From Thainema sp. (GTDB lineage Bacteria; Cyanobacteriota; Cyanobacteriia; Phormidesmidales; Phormidesmidaceae): DNA of 64,000 nucleotides. Where the stretch lies: the NCBI GenBank assembly GCA_052168235.1, contig JBQLZK010000001.1, positions 256,001 to 320,000 on the forward strand, given 5' to 3'. Below are positions 11,159 through 20,177 of the stretch, one piece after another. The notes under the pieces were generated by a model. It was not told where the DNA came from, ran no database searches, and saw only the letters and a list, made by a program, of their open reading frames with translations. The translations under genes and the position numbers were made by a program. Position 1 is the stretch's first letter. Each line of letters opens with the position of its first letter.

Positions 11159-11914
11159 CGGTATATAACCTCCGGTTACTGAATGAATAAAGTACGTGGT
11201 GCAGGGAACTGTACTAAATTAAGGTTCCCAATTTGAAATGATTTCACCCAGTTGTTTTTGGCGCTCTTAGCACTCAAGACGTAGCATCTATTCGTCTAGG
11301 AGTACTACTCTTTAGTAATGGTAGGGGAGTTAAGCCTAGGTATAGGGTAATAAACGGAAATGCTTCTAAAATCTAGGGACTGTGATTAAACTTACGTTAC
11401 ATATTGCAATCGTTCAGGAACTTTTTCTCCGAAAGATCTCTCTTGCTCCTTGTAGTCTTCCATAGCTATTGAGTTTTCTATAAAACTCAACCCAGTAGCT
11501 GGACAACTTAGAATGTAGTAGTCAGTACTGTTGTGTGGGAGCTTGATGCAAAGTTCTCTATCCGTAGATTCGCTGGTTTTGCTACAAATTCAACCTAGGC
11601 TTTGATCCATTGACAAAATGCCAAGTGCTAGCTCTACGGTCGTTATGCGGTGGGGAGTTGGTGAGGTTGAATCAGTCCAGCCTTACAGACTGTGATGTTT
11701 CCTGATTTAGTGCTTCAAGTTCATTTTTAATAGTCTTCAGGCGAAATTAATTCCGAGTGCAAAAGCGAGTTGATTGGTATGGCTTAATCGCCGGACTTTA
11801 ACCCAGTTAAACCTAGTTATAGGCCGGAAGGGGGAGGTTCCGAGTAAAAAACTCCTCTGTCTAGCCTCAACAGGTTTACTTATTTAGCATAATTTTTGAG
11901 AAGGGCTGTACACA

Positions 11915-12718
11915 ATGTTTCTGAATCGTTCGCGAATTGGCACTGCCACACTATCCATCGCGGTACTCGCCAGTTTGATTACAGGATATCCGTCGGTCGC
12001 GAAAGCTCAAACCTATCAGCCGTCTAGCAGTATTGGTCTACCGGGCAGACGAGAAGGAGGCGGTACTCGCGGCAGTTGCGTAAGCTCGGCTCATCAGCTA
12101 ACTGCGATCGCGCCTGAGCAAAACTTTGGCTATACGACTGACTTATTTCCAACCCTACATTGGTATGTGCCCGAGTTATCCCAGCAAACGGCTGAGTTTG
12201 TGCTGTATACGGAAGACGGCTCAGAAGTTTATGCATCTATCTTTGTGATTGATGGGCCAGAGGGGATTGTTAGCCTCAGCCTGCCAGAATATACCAACCT
12301 CCCATCGTTGGAGCTGGGTCAGAAATACCGCTGGCAGTTTTCGGTCATTTGCCAAGACGGTGAGGACTCCGTACCCAGCGTCACGTTCACCGAAGGCTGG
12401 ATTGAGCGCACTGAAATCGATGCAGATCTCAAGGCTCAGCTTGAACAAGCTTCTGATCTCGAAAAAGCCACGCTCCTAGCCGAAAACGGCATCTGGTTTG
12501 ATGCAGTTGATACATTAGCTAAACTACGGCGAGCAGGAACATCGCCTATCGTTAGCGCAACCAGTGTTGAACAAGCCTGGCAAACACTGCTCAGCTCTGT
12601 TGGCCTGGCCGAAATTGCAGACGTTTCAATGCTGCTTTGCTGCGATGATGTCAATGCCGCTCAAGAAGACGCTGACACAGCAGAACCTAATGCCGTAGAT
12701 AGTTCTTCATCACAATGA
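11915..12718 (+). CDS. DUF928 domain secreted protein
   Basis: Signal peptide, GGGTRGSC, PTLHWYVP, ENGIWFDA motifs. Confidence 0.88.
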   Translation: MFLNRSRIGTATLSIAVLASLITGYPSVAKAQTYQPSSSIGLPGRREGGGTRGSCVSSAHQLTAIAPEQNFGYTTDLFPTLHWYVPELSQQTAEFVLYTEDGSEVYASIFVIDGPEGIVSLSLPEYTNLPSLELGQKYRWQFSVICQDGEDSVPSVTFTEGWIERTEIDADLKAQLEQASDLEKATLLAENGIWFDAVDTLAKLRRAGTSPIVSATSVEQAWQTLLSSVGLAEIADVSMLLCCDDVNAAQEDADTAEPNAVDSSSSQ

Positions 12719-12890
12719 TGCTTAATGACGCAAGGCTAGATGAGAACAAGGTGAGGGAGTGGGAGAATCGGTGAGGCGAGGAGAATAACGTTTCAACGTT
12801 CTAACGTTAAAACGTTTTCTAAATTTCCAATGTCCTGCCTAATGTGACTACCACACAACTTAGCACTCAGCATTTTTCACCTTGCCACAG

Positions 12891-13625
12891 CTAGCGCGTC
12901 AACGGATAAATGAGTGAACGCCAAGCAAATTTGGGCAGTGCGGTCATTCGTCGCCAGCGCCAGGGTTCCTGATACAGGCGATACGTCCATTCCAAGTGGT
13001 TGTCGCGTAGCCACGCGGGGGCGCGATCTTTGGTGCCTGACCAAATATCAAAGCTGCCGCCTACGCCGATCCAGATGGCGTTGGGGCAGAGGTGGCGGTG
13101 TTCGGCAATCCAAAATTCCTGACGGGGCACACCTAGACCTACCAGGATTAAGTTGGGCTGTAAGGTTTTTAGTTGCTCAGTGAAAGCTGGCTGATCGGCG
13201 GGCTGGAGATAGCCATGCTGATAACCTGCGATCGCAAAATTAGGTGCTTCAGTTTGCCAGTGGCGAACGGCTCCTTCAATCACCTCTGGCTTGCCACCAT
13301 AGAAGTAAACGGAGCCAATTTCCGGTAGTCGGCGCAGTAGGGATTCCGCTAACTCAATCCCCGGACAGCGCTGAATTTTTTGCCCCTGGAGTCGCAGATT
13401 GAGGACAACCCCAGCACCATCCGGCACCACTAACTCCGCCTGTTCCAAAAGCTGACGCAGATCTGGATTTTGCTCGGCCTGAATCGCCATTTCGGCATTG
13501 AGAGTGATCACATGGGTGCCCTGTTTGGACTGAGATCGCGCAATCAGCCAGTCCACGTAGCGATCAGAAATATGAACGGGGATACCCAGCACTGAAAACT
13601 GCTGGAGCGGCTCCTGTACCATCAT
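12891..13625 (-). CDS. WecB/TagA/CpsF family glycosyltransferase
   Basis: TLNAE, PDGAGV, GLGVPRQE, GVGGSFD, EWTYRLYQEPWRWRR; start placed at ATG 13625. Confidence 0.93.
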   Translation of the reverse strand: MMVQEPLQQFSVLGIPVHISDRYVDWLIARSQSKQGTHVITLNAEMAIQAEQNPDLRQLLEQAELVVPDGAGVVLNLRLQGQKIQRCPGIELAESLLRRLPEIGSVYFYGGKPEVIEGAVRHWQTEAPNFAIAGYQHGYLQPADQPAFTEQLKTLQPNLILVGLGVPRQEFWIAEHRHLCPNAIWIGVGGSFDIWSGTKDRAPAWLRDNHLEWTYRLYQEPWRWRRMTALPKFAWRSLIYPLTR

Positions 13626-13804
13626 GGTTGCGTCTCTGCCCAAATTTCGATGCTTATTATAAAGCCTATACAAAATCCCAGAATTATTTTCTGTCAAAGC
13701 CTTGCGGTGTGAAGTCTGAACGGGAAACAGTTCTGGGATTTTGCGTAAATTCGTTACAGTTAAGAGAACATTTTTGATCATATTTGCGATCGCAAACGAA
13801 GCCT

Positions 13805-14389
13805 ATGCCCCGGCCTAAGGAATTTGAGCGCGAAGTCGTTCTCGAAAAAGCAATGGAACTCTTTTGGCAGAAGGGGTATGAGGCGACATCGGTGCAAGAC
13901 CTAGTGCAGCACATGGGCATCAACCGGGGCAGTTTGTACGACACATTCAAGGACAAGCATCATCTGTTTTTAGCGGCAGTATCGCACTATCACGAAACGG
14001 TGGTGAAAGATGCGATCGCACGATTGGAAGCGCCCAGTGCATCGCGGTCAGCGATTGTGGAGCACTTCAACCGCATGGTGGACTGTTTGACAGGTGATGA
14101 AGCTCAGCGGGGCTGTCTGATGACCAATACGATTGTGGAACTGGCGGTGCAGCATCCCGATATCGCGGCTCAGCTCCAGATGAGTTTGCAGCGGATTGAG
14201 CGGGCGTTTAAGGCGGCATTGGCTCGCGCTCAGGCAGCGGGGGAATTGGCGGCTGACAGAGACGTAGCGGATCTGGCCCGCTATCTAGTTTGCTGTGTGC
14301 AGGGACTGCGCGTCATGTGCAAAACCAACGTCAGTCGCGAGCAGTTTCAGGCCACGGTTGATCTGATGCTGTCGGTGCTGGATTCATGA
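13805..14389 (+). CDS. TetR/AcrR family transcriptional regulator
   Basis: MPRPKEF...FWQKGYEATS..GINRGSLY HTH; GCLMTN. Confidence 0.95.
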   Translation: MPRPKEFEREVVLEKAMELFWQKGYEATSVQDLVQHMGINRGSLYDTFKDKHHLFLAAVSHYHETVVKDAIARLEAPSASRSAIVEHFNRMVDCLTGDEAQRGCLMTNTIVELAVQHPDIAAQLQMSLQRIERAFKAALARAQAAGELAADRDVADLARYLVCCVQGLRVMCKTNVSREQFQATVDLMLSVLDS

Positions 14390-15696
14390 TGCTATTGAAT
14401 GCGGAGGAACTGCGATCTCGCTTTTTTCGGCTAGCCGTGGTCAACGTGCTATCAAATTTGCTGGTGCCGCTGGCCGGATTGGCGGATACGGCTTTTTTGG
14501 GGCACTTGTCCGACATTCGGCACTTAGCGGGTGTCAGCCTTGCAACGGTGCTGTTCAACTATATTTACTGGACATTTGGCTTTTTGCGAATGGGGACGAC
14601 GGGCACGACCGCGCAAGCCGTTGGTCGCCAGGATCAGCTTGCGGTCTATGCCACGCTGTTGCGGAACGGGCTGCTGGGGATTGCGATTGGTCTGGTGATT
14701 CTAGTCTTTCAGGAACCAATTCGGCAGATTGGCTTTGCCCTGCTGAGCGCCACGCCCGAGGTGGAACAGTCGGGACAGGCTTATTACCGAGCCTTGATTT
14801 GGGGTGCTCCGGCCACGCTGCTGAACTTTGTGCTGCTGGGCTGGTTTTTAGGCCGGGCGGAAGGCAGGCGAGTTTTAGTTCTGTCGATGGTGAGCAACGG
14901 CTGTAATGTTTTGCTCAACTACTGGCTGATTGTCCGGTTGGGCTGGGCTAGTGCTGGAGCAGGGGTGGCGACGGCCTGTAGTCAGTATCTGATGCTATTG
15001 ATTGGCCTGGGCTTTGTGCTCCGCGAGTTCCCGTGGTCAAAGCGGCGCTTACTCACTGCTCAGCTCTGGGATTTGAGCGTTTTGACCGATACCCTGCGGC
15101 TGAATCGCGATATTTTGATTCGCACGTTTGCCTTGCTGTCGGTCTTCGCCGCCTTCACCAATATCAGTGCGGCGATTGGCACACTGACGCTGACGGCGAA
15201 TGCGCTGCTGCTGCAAATTTTGTCCCTGGCGGCCTACTTTATTGACGGCTTTGCCTTTGCAACTGAAAGTTTAGTCGGCATTCTCAAAGGCCAAGATGAT
15301 CATCGACAAATGCGCCATCTACTGCGATTGGCGGGCGGCGTTAGCTTTGGGCTAGGAATTGCGATCGCACTTCTCTTTATGCTTTTCCCCCAGCCGCTCT
15401 TCGGTATCCTAACCAGCCATGACAATGTCATCAGCAGCGTTTCTCGCTATGTACCTTGGCTGTTGCCCCTCCTGGGTTTTGGCTCTCTAGCCTATATTCT
15501 GGACGGTTATTTTCTGGGATTAACCCAAGGCCCCATTCTGCGCCGCGCATCTATTGTGTCGGCAATTGTCGGCTTTGCACCGCTGGCAGCTCTCGCCTGG
15601 TGGCTGGAAAGTACGCCACTTTTATGGACAGCGCTAACCTGTTTTATGGCCGCTCGTGTGATCACCCTCGGTCGCAACGTAGAGTATCGCTCATAG
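14386..15696 (+). CDS. MATE (DinF-like) efflux transporter
   Basis: VPLAGLADTAFLGH, FGFLRMGTTG, AYFIDGFAFA; overlaps the TetR stop (ATGA). Confidence 0.93.
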   Translation: MMLLNAEELRSRFFRLAVVNVLSNLLVPLAGLADTAFLGHLSDIRHLAGVSLATVLFNYIYWTFGFLRMGTTGTTAQAVGRQDQLAVYATLLRNGLLGIAIGLVILVFQEPIRQIGFALLSATPEVEQSGQAYYRALIWGAPATLLNFVLLGWFLGRAEGRRVLVLSMVSNGCNVLLNYWLIVRLGWASAGAGVATACSQYLMLLIGLGFVLREFPWSKRRLLTAQLWDLSVLTDTLRLNRDILIRTFALLSVFAAFTNISAAIGTLTLTANALLLQILSLAAYFIDGFAFATESLVGILKGQDDHRQMRHLLRLAGGVSFGLGIAIALLFMLFPQPLFGILTSHDNVISSVSRYVPWLLPLLGFGSLAYILDGYFLGLTQGPILRRASIVSAIVGFAPLAALAWWLESTPLLWTALTCFMAARVITLGRNVEYRS

Positions 15697-15801
15697 TCTG
15701 ACTCAGTTGAATGTCGTTTCTGGAGTAAATATATCTTGAGGAATGATAAACAAACTCTAAACAGCCTGAGCCTGAAATTATAGGGGTGGTTATACTGAAT
15801 T

Positions 15802-15924
15802 TTTCTGCCTAATTCCCCAAATAGGAATGTTAGGCTGACGAATTTCTATCTAATCATCTAGATAAGGTGATTAGGCTGATGGATTTCTACCTAATCACCC
15901 GAATAGGTGTGTTAGGCAGAAAGT
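15802..15924 (+). repeat. Three tandem 41-bp units, each a CCTAAT...TTAGGC hairpin
   Basis: Units start at 15802, 15843 and 15884 (TTTCT(G/A)(C/T)CTAAT...TTAGGC); outer ends form the perfect inverted repeat TTTCTGCCTAA/TTAGGCAGAAA. Confidence 0.9.
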
Positions 15925-15971
15925 TTCCCTCCAATTAATAGTTAGACCTCCAATACGAGTAGGTAGACAAG

Positions 15972-17177
15972 ATGGAGGATGAAATTCTAGAAAAATCGGT
16001 TTCCCGTATAGAAAGTTCTCACAGAAACTCAGCAATTTTGCGACGAAAGTTACTGGAGAAGCATAATTATGCTTGTACTATTTGCGGGGTAAAAAATGAG
16101 GATGTTCCATTAGAGATTGCTCACTTAGTTCCATTATATAAAGGCGGAGAGACAAGTGAGGATAATCTTACACTCCTCTGTCCAAACTGTCATAGAGTAT
16201 TAGATTCTCAACCCAGAGAGATTGAGTTTGTAGATTTCCTATCAGAGCTACTGAACAATCATCCAAACTTTGAAAACGTAAAAAAAGAGGTTTTATTAGG
16301 ATCTGAAACCCGTTTCCGGGGCGACATCCTTGTAAAGAGAAAAGAAGGAAGTAGGCAACAAACTTTAGTGATAGAGTGTAAAACCTCGAGGATCTTACAC
16401 TCTGCCACCTTGAAAGATATAATTGCCCAGTTAAATACCTATCAAAACCTTTGTGATGGGTGCTGCATGGTTTTAGCTGTAGCAGGAACATTACTCGATC
16501 AAGATTTAGTGTTACTGCAACAGCACATGATTGAAGTATGGGATCTTGAGTATATAGCAGTAACCTTCGCGGCTCAAATTAAAGAATCCCCAATAAGCTA
16601 CTACAAAGCTTTACTACTTGCTCGTCTTGCACGTGCATCAAACTCATTCAAAGAGCAAAGCTTTATTAGTTTCCTGAAAACATGTCAGCCAGGAAAGAAA
16701 GATTGCTATGTATACCAAAGCCTCATAGGTGACATTTTGGAATATCTATTTACGCCTCCATTGGCAAAACCCATTCCGGAATTATCAGACAGAGTTCTAG
16801 CAAATAGACGAGATTTTATTTTGCCGAACTATGTGGAAAAGGGTTTCTGGGCATTCATGCGAGAAAAATATGCGGCAGATTATATTGTTGTGGATGCAAA
16901 AAATTACACGAGAAAGGTAAAGAAAAATGAGGTATTACAAATTGCTAATTATCTAAAGCCTCACGGAGCAGGACTTTTTGGGATCATTATTTGCAGAAAA
17001 GGAGGAGATTCGACTGGATGTGAACACACACTACGTGAACAATGGTTAGTCCACAAGAAGCTAATATTAGTATTGGATGATGGAGATATTGAGAAGATGT
17101 TAATTTCTAAATTAGATGGCAACCCTCCCGAGGATTTAATCAGCCAAAAGATTGAGCAATTCAGGTTGTCAATGTAG
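15972..17177 (+). CDS. HNH endonuclease fused to two PD-(D/E)xK restriction-endonuclease-like domains
   Basis: CTICG...HLVPLYKGG...NLTLLCPNCH (HNH); RGDILV...IECK; RRDFIL...VDAKN; visibly AT-richer than the flanks. Confidence 0.85.
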   Translation: MEDEILEKSVSRIESSHRNSAILRRKLLEKHNYACTICGVKNEDVPLEIAHLVPLYKGGETSEDNLTLLCPNCHRVLDSQPREIEFVDFLSELLNNHPNFENVKKEVLLGSETRFRGDILVKRKEGSRQQTLVIECKTSRILHSATLKDIIAQLNTYQNLCDGCCMVLAVAGTLLDQDLVLLQQHMIEVWDLEYIAVTFAAQIKESPISYYKALLLARLARASNSFKEQSFISFLKTCQPGKKDCYVYQSLIGDILEYLFTPPLAKPIPELSDRVLANRRDFILPNYVEKGFWAFMREKYAADYIVVDAKNYTRKVKKNEVLQIANYLKPHGAGLFGIIICRKGGDSTGCEHTLREQWLVHKKLILVLDDGDIEKMLISKLDGNPPEDLISQKIEQFRLSM

Positions 17178-17263
17178 TTCTAACAAGCACGTTGCAGCGG
17201 AATGAGTAAAGCTCTTGGTGCTTAGTCTATACTACTTGCATCCGCTGAACGTGATCGTTAGGC
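17178..17263 (+). other. attC recombination site (86 bp)
   Basis: TTCTAAC...GTTAGGC ends; CACGTT(G)CAGCGGA pairs with TCCGCTGAACGTG leaving one extra base. Confidence 0.88.
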
Positions 17264-17407
17264 GGCTAAATTTCCCTATTAGTAACGGCAGTCTTTTCAC
17301 GATTTGAGCATTAATCCGCATCAAGATTTCCAGCTCACGGTCGGGGGTGAAAGCGCCGCTGCAAGTGAGTGGAGCTAAAATTGAGAAGCAAGTAATTTGC
17401 AAGGATT

Positions 17408-17692
17408 ATGACGCTGAACTTAGATTTGCCACCCGAACTAGAGCAGTACCTCTTGCAAGAAGCCGAGCAGCAAGGTCTATCGGTTGAAGCAATGACCCTA
17501 CAGCTTTTGACGAACTCGCTTCAACTCAGGCAAAAACAAGCTGAAGCCATTGATATGCTTCAGTCCTGGATTGACGATGAGGACGTTGAAGAGCAACAGG
17601 AGACAGGCGAGTATTTGGTTCAGGTGCTGGACGAGGATCGGCTGTCTGACCGCAAGTTATTCCCGCTTGAAATGAAAGGGATTACATGGTAG
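17408..17692 (+). CDS. Putative antitoxin
   Basis: Small acidic protein with RHH-like N-terminus (LDLPPELEQYL), overlapping the PIN toxin gene. Confidence 0.75.
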   Translation: MTLNLDLPPELEQYLLQEAEQQGLSVEAMTLQLLTNSLQLRQKQAEAIDMLQSWIDDEDVEEQQETGEYLVQVLDEDRLSDRKLFPLEMKGITW

Positions 17693-18141
17693 AGCGTTTG
17701 ATTGTATTGGATACAGGGCCAATCGGCCTGGTTACCAATCCCAAACTCTCTTCCCAAGGTGTTGCTTGTAACCAGTGGCTTCAGTCTCATCTCAAGTTGG
17801 GGAACCGGATAATCGTTCCGGAAATTGCTGATTATGAAGTGCGTCGCGAGTTGTTGCGAGCCAATAAAAAGAAGGGTCTCACTCGGCTAGATAGCTTGTG
17901 TCAAAGACTTGAGTATTTACCGATTACAACTGCCTCAATGCGGCAAGCGGCTGAACTATGGGCACAGGCGCGACAGCAGGGACAGCCAACGGCAGGGGAT
18001 AAAACCATTGACGGTGACATGATTCTGATTGCTCAGGCTAAGACTCTGGGAGCCTCAGATGTGGTGATCGCTACAACTAACGTGGGGCATTTATCGAGGT
18101 TTATTGCAGCGGACTTATGGCAGAACATTCTTCCCAATTAA
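17686..18141 (+). CDS. PIN-domain (VapC-like) toxin
   Basis: IVLDTG, PEIADYEVRRE, DGDMILIAQA, ATTNVGH. Confidence 0.9.
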   Translation: MVERLIVLDTGPIGLVTNPKLSSQGVACNQWLQSHLKLGNRIIVPEIADYEVRRELLRANKKKGLTRLDSLCQRLEYLPITTASMRQAAELWAQARQQGQPTAGDKTIDGDMILIAQAKTLGASDVVIATTNVGHLSRFIAADLWQNILPN

Positions 18142-18146
18142 CCGCC

Positions 18147-18232
18147 ACCTAACACCTCGTTGGTGCGGACAGAACAAAGGTTATCGGTAAGAGTTCAGGT
18201 TTATCTGCCGCCGCTACACTTCACCGTTAGCT
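18147..18232 (+). other. attC recombination site (86 bp)
   Basis: ACCTAAC...GTTAGCT ends; same length and similar arms (CGTTG..GCGGA / CCGCT) as 17178-17263. Confidence 0.8.
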
Positions 18233-18301
18233 GAATTCTTTTTTGGCTTGGGACGTACAGAGAGGCTATTTGCTGGTATCTGAGGATGCTCGTTCTAGTA
18301 G

Positions 18302-18329
18302 CTCTGGTATGACTGAGGTATAACCAGAG
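18302..18329 (+). promoter_or_regulatory. Putative autoregulatory operator of the TA module
   Basis: CTCTGGT...ACCAGAG inverted repeat with GGTATGAC/GGTATAAC direct repeats just upstream of the RHH antitoxin. Confidence 0.5.
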
Positions 18330-18354
18330 AATAGAACTTTAAGTTAAGGCCACC

Positions 18355-18591
18355 ATGAAAACTGCAATTTCGCTGCCAGATTCAGTTTTTGAGCAGGCGG
18401 AAGCACTTGCTCAGCAGTTAGGAGTGTCGCGCAGTGAGCTTTACACAAAAGCGCTACAGGCATACCTAAAAAAGTACAACCGTGAGCAAATGTTGCTCAA
18501 GTTGAACCAAGTTTATGGTACAGAGTCCTCTGAACTTGATCCAGTGATGGCAAGGATGCAGTTTATGTCTTTGCCCCACGAGGATTGGTAA
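18355..18591 (+). CDS. CopG/RHH antitoxin (ChpI-like)
   Basis: MKTAISLPD...GVSRSELY RHH motif; coupled to the MazF gene. Confidence 0.88.
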   Translation: MKTAISLPDSVFEQAEALAQQLGVSRSELYTKALQAYLKKYNREQMLLKLNQVYGTESSELDPVMARMQFMSLPHEDW

Positions 18592-18929
18592 TGTATCGGG
18601 GAGAAATTTGGTGGGCTAACCTACCCGATCCAGTGGGTTCAGAACCTGGATATCGTCGTCCCGTCTTGGTGATTCAGGATGATACATTTACCCAGAGCCG
18701 GATTCGCACTGTTATCGTCGTTATCATTACTTCCAATATTCAGTTAGCGGAAGCACCAGGCAATGTACTATTACCGCGTGAGGTATCCGGTTTGTCGAGA
18801 GATTCCGTTGTAAATGTCTCTCAAATTCTCACGCTCGATAAGACGTTTTTGGTTGAGCGTATTGGTTCACTACCGGACTACTTGCAGGAGGAGATAGACG
18901 AGGGGCTACGAACAGTTTTGTATCTCTAG
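18591..18929 (+). CDS. mazF: PemK/MazF endoribonuclease toxin
   Basis: RGEIWWA..GSEPGYRRPVLVIQ, ITSN, SGLSRDSV. Confidence 0.93.
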   Translation: MYRGEIWWANLPDPVGSEPGYRRPVLVIQDDTFTQSRIRTVIVVIITSNIQLAEAPGNVLLPREVSGLSRDSVVNVSQILTLDKTFLVERIGSLPDYLQEEIDEGLRTVLYL

Positions 18930-18987
18930 CAACGCCAGCTGCCCAGCCAATGGAGCGGCGAATATTAGTTTTTTATGAGCTGAGTTG

Positions 18988-19767
18988 TTAATCATCGACT
19001 AGCAAGAAGCGGCGATTCAGTGGCTGCACTGGGCGGGCATTCAGCGGGAAAATATCGCTGAATAGGCCAATTTGAGCTGGAGACACTTCAGTCGGCGTTT
19101 GGAACATCACCCATTTCACAATCTCGGAGCAGGGTGGCGTGGTCAGCGAGCCAAAGTAGCGATAGGTACTTTGATCGGCTGGCAGAAGCTGAGCAATGTC
19201 AATATTGACGCCAGGAATCGTGTCTTCAGCGCTGGGCTGACGCGGCATGGCGTCCCAAATGGGCTTCAGAACTCGATTTTCCGCACCTTCTTTCAGAAGA
19301 ACGCCCAGCACCGCCAAGTTGCCAGCGGCATTCTTATGCACAAAATGAGCCTCCATCGGCATCGTCTCACCCTCTACCGTATGTTCGCTGGGATGGTGAA
19401 AGTGAAACTGAAGCAAGTCATACCGCTCACCGTCAATCAGAATGTAGCTGCCCGGATCGGTGTTAATTTGAATCGCGTGGCCATTGTTGACGATGCGTAG
19501 GGGAACAGACTGATAATGCACACTTACGTTAGCCATATCCACCGCAATCCCTTCATGCAAATCAATCGGAGACTGCTGCATGCCAGCACCACAGGCTTGG
19601 TACTCCGGCGATAGATCATCCCATTCGCTGGGATTGTTCTCGCCGACATAGCCCCATTCGGCTCCTTGTTCACTTGCGATCGCATCTTTTAAAGACAGGT
19701 TGGTCAGACTCACGACCGCACTCATCGCAGCCAGCTTGAACATTTGTCGCCGATTGATCCCAGTCAA
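18988..19767 (-). CDS. Alpha-class carbonic anhydrase with twin-arginine signal
   Basis: RRQMFK Tat motif, QSPID, QFHFH, EH, GSLTTPPC, NARPVQP. Confidence 0.95.
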   Translation of the reverse strand: MTGINRRQMFKLAAMSAVVSLTNLSLKDAIASEQGAEWGYVGENNPSEWDDLSPEYQACGAGMQQSPIDLHEGIAVDMANVSVHYQSVPLRIVNNGHAIQINTDPGSYILIDGERYDLLQFHFHHPSEHTVEGETMPMEAHFVHKNAAGNLAVLGVLLKEGAENRVLKPIWDAMPRQPSAEDTIPGVNIDIAQLLPADQSTYRYFGSLTTPPCSEIVKWVMFQTPTEVSPAQIGLFSDIFPLNARPVQPLNRRFLLVDD

Positions 19768-19800
19768 ATTGCTTGTCCTCTTCTATTACTGGTGGCCTAA

Positions 19801-19903
19801 TATCCAAGTCTGATTGAAAACCCATAATTTATTTTTGGTGAAATGTTTGCTCCGCAAATGTTTCACCAAAAATAAATTGGGTTCTTATATACAGACTTGA
19901 TAT
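19801..19903. repeat. Palindromic repeat family B (~100 bp)
   Basis: CAAGTCTG...AATTTATTTTTGGTGAAA-TTGCTCCGCAA-TTTCACCAAAAATAAATT...CAGACTTG; similar copy at 23.8 kb. Confidence 0.8.
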
Positions 19904-19978
19904 AAGACGTGCCCCCAGTATATTTTTCCGATTCGGACGCTCCCGTTCACGTAATGAAATGATCCAAATCGATTTTTA

Positions 19979-20067
19979 TAGCTGTAGTCAGCGCTGTTAG
20001 AGCACGGACGTTTTGTGGCGCGGCTGCGCCGCACCACAAAACGTCCTGACCAATACGACTATGGCTA
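19979..20067 (+). repeat. Palindromic repeat family A (~90 bp)
   Basis: TAGCTGTAGTC...GGACGTTTTGTGG..CCACAAAACGTCC...GACTATGGCTA. Confidence 0.82.
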
Positions 20068-20177
20068 TATTTGACGGTAATCCGCCTATCGGTATCTCGA
20101 CAGAGTCAAGGGTAAGGCACGCATAATATAATAGAAAGCAAGAATATTAAATTTTGTAAACAGAATCTCATTAAATT

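Larger units (their letters stand above)
15941..18993 (+). mobile_element. Integron-like gene cassette array without integrase (CALIN), three cassettes
   Basis: GTTAGAC core at 15941, two 86-bp attC sites and one degenerate site, each directly after a stop codon; no intI in the window. Confidence 0.82.

Noticed and set aside
11160..11914. Hidden gene or RNA in the 750-bp divergent intergenic region
   Set aside because: No convincing ORF, tRNA or recognisable RNA motif
14386..15696. Toxin or secondary-metabolite cluster around the MATE transporter
   Set aside because: Only a TetR-MATE pair; no biosynthetic genes nearby
15802..15924. CRISPR array interpretation of the 41-bp tandem
   Set aside because: Units are contiguous with no spacer-length unique sequence, and no cas genes are in the window
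15700..19000. Complete integron
   Set aside because: No tyrosine recombinase ORF was found anywhere in the window
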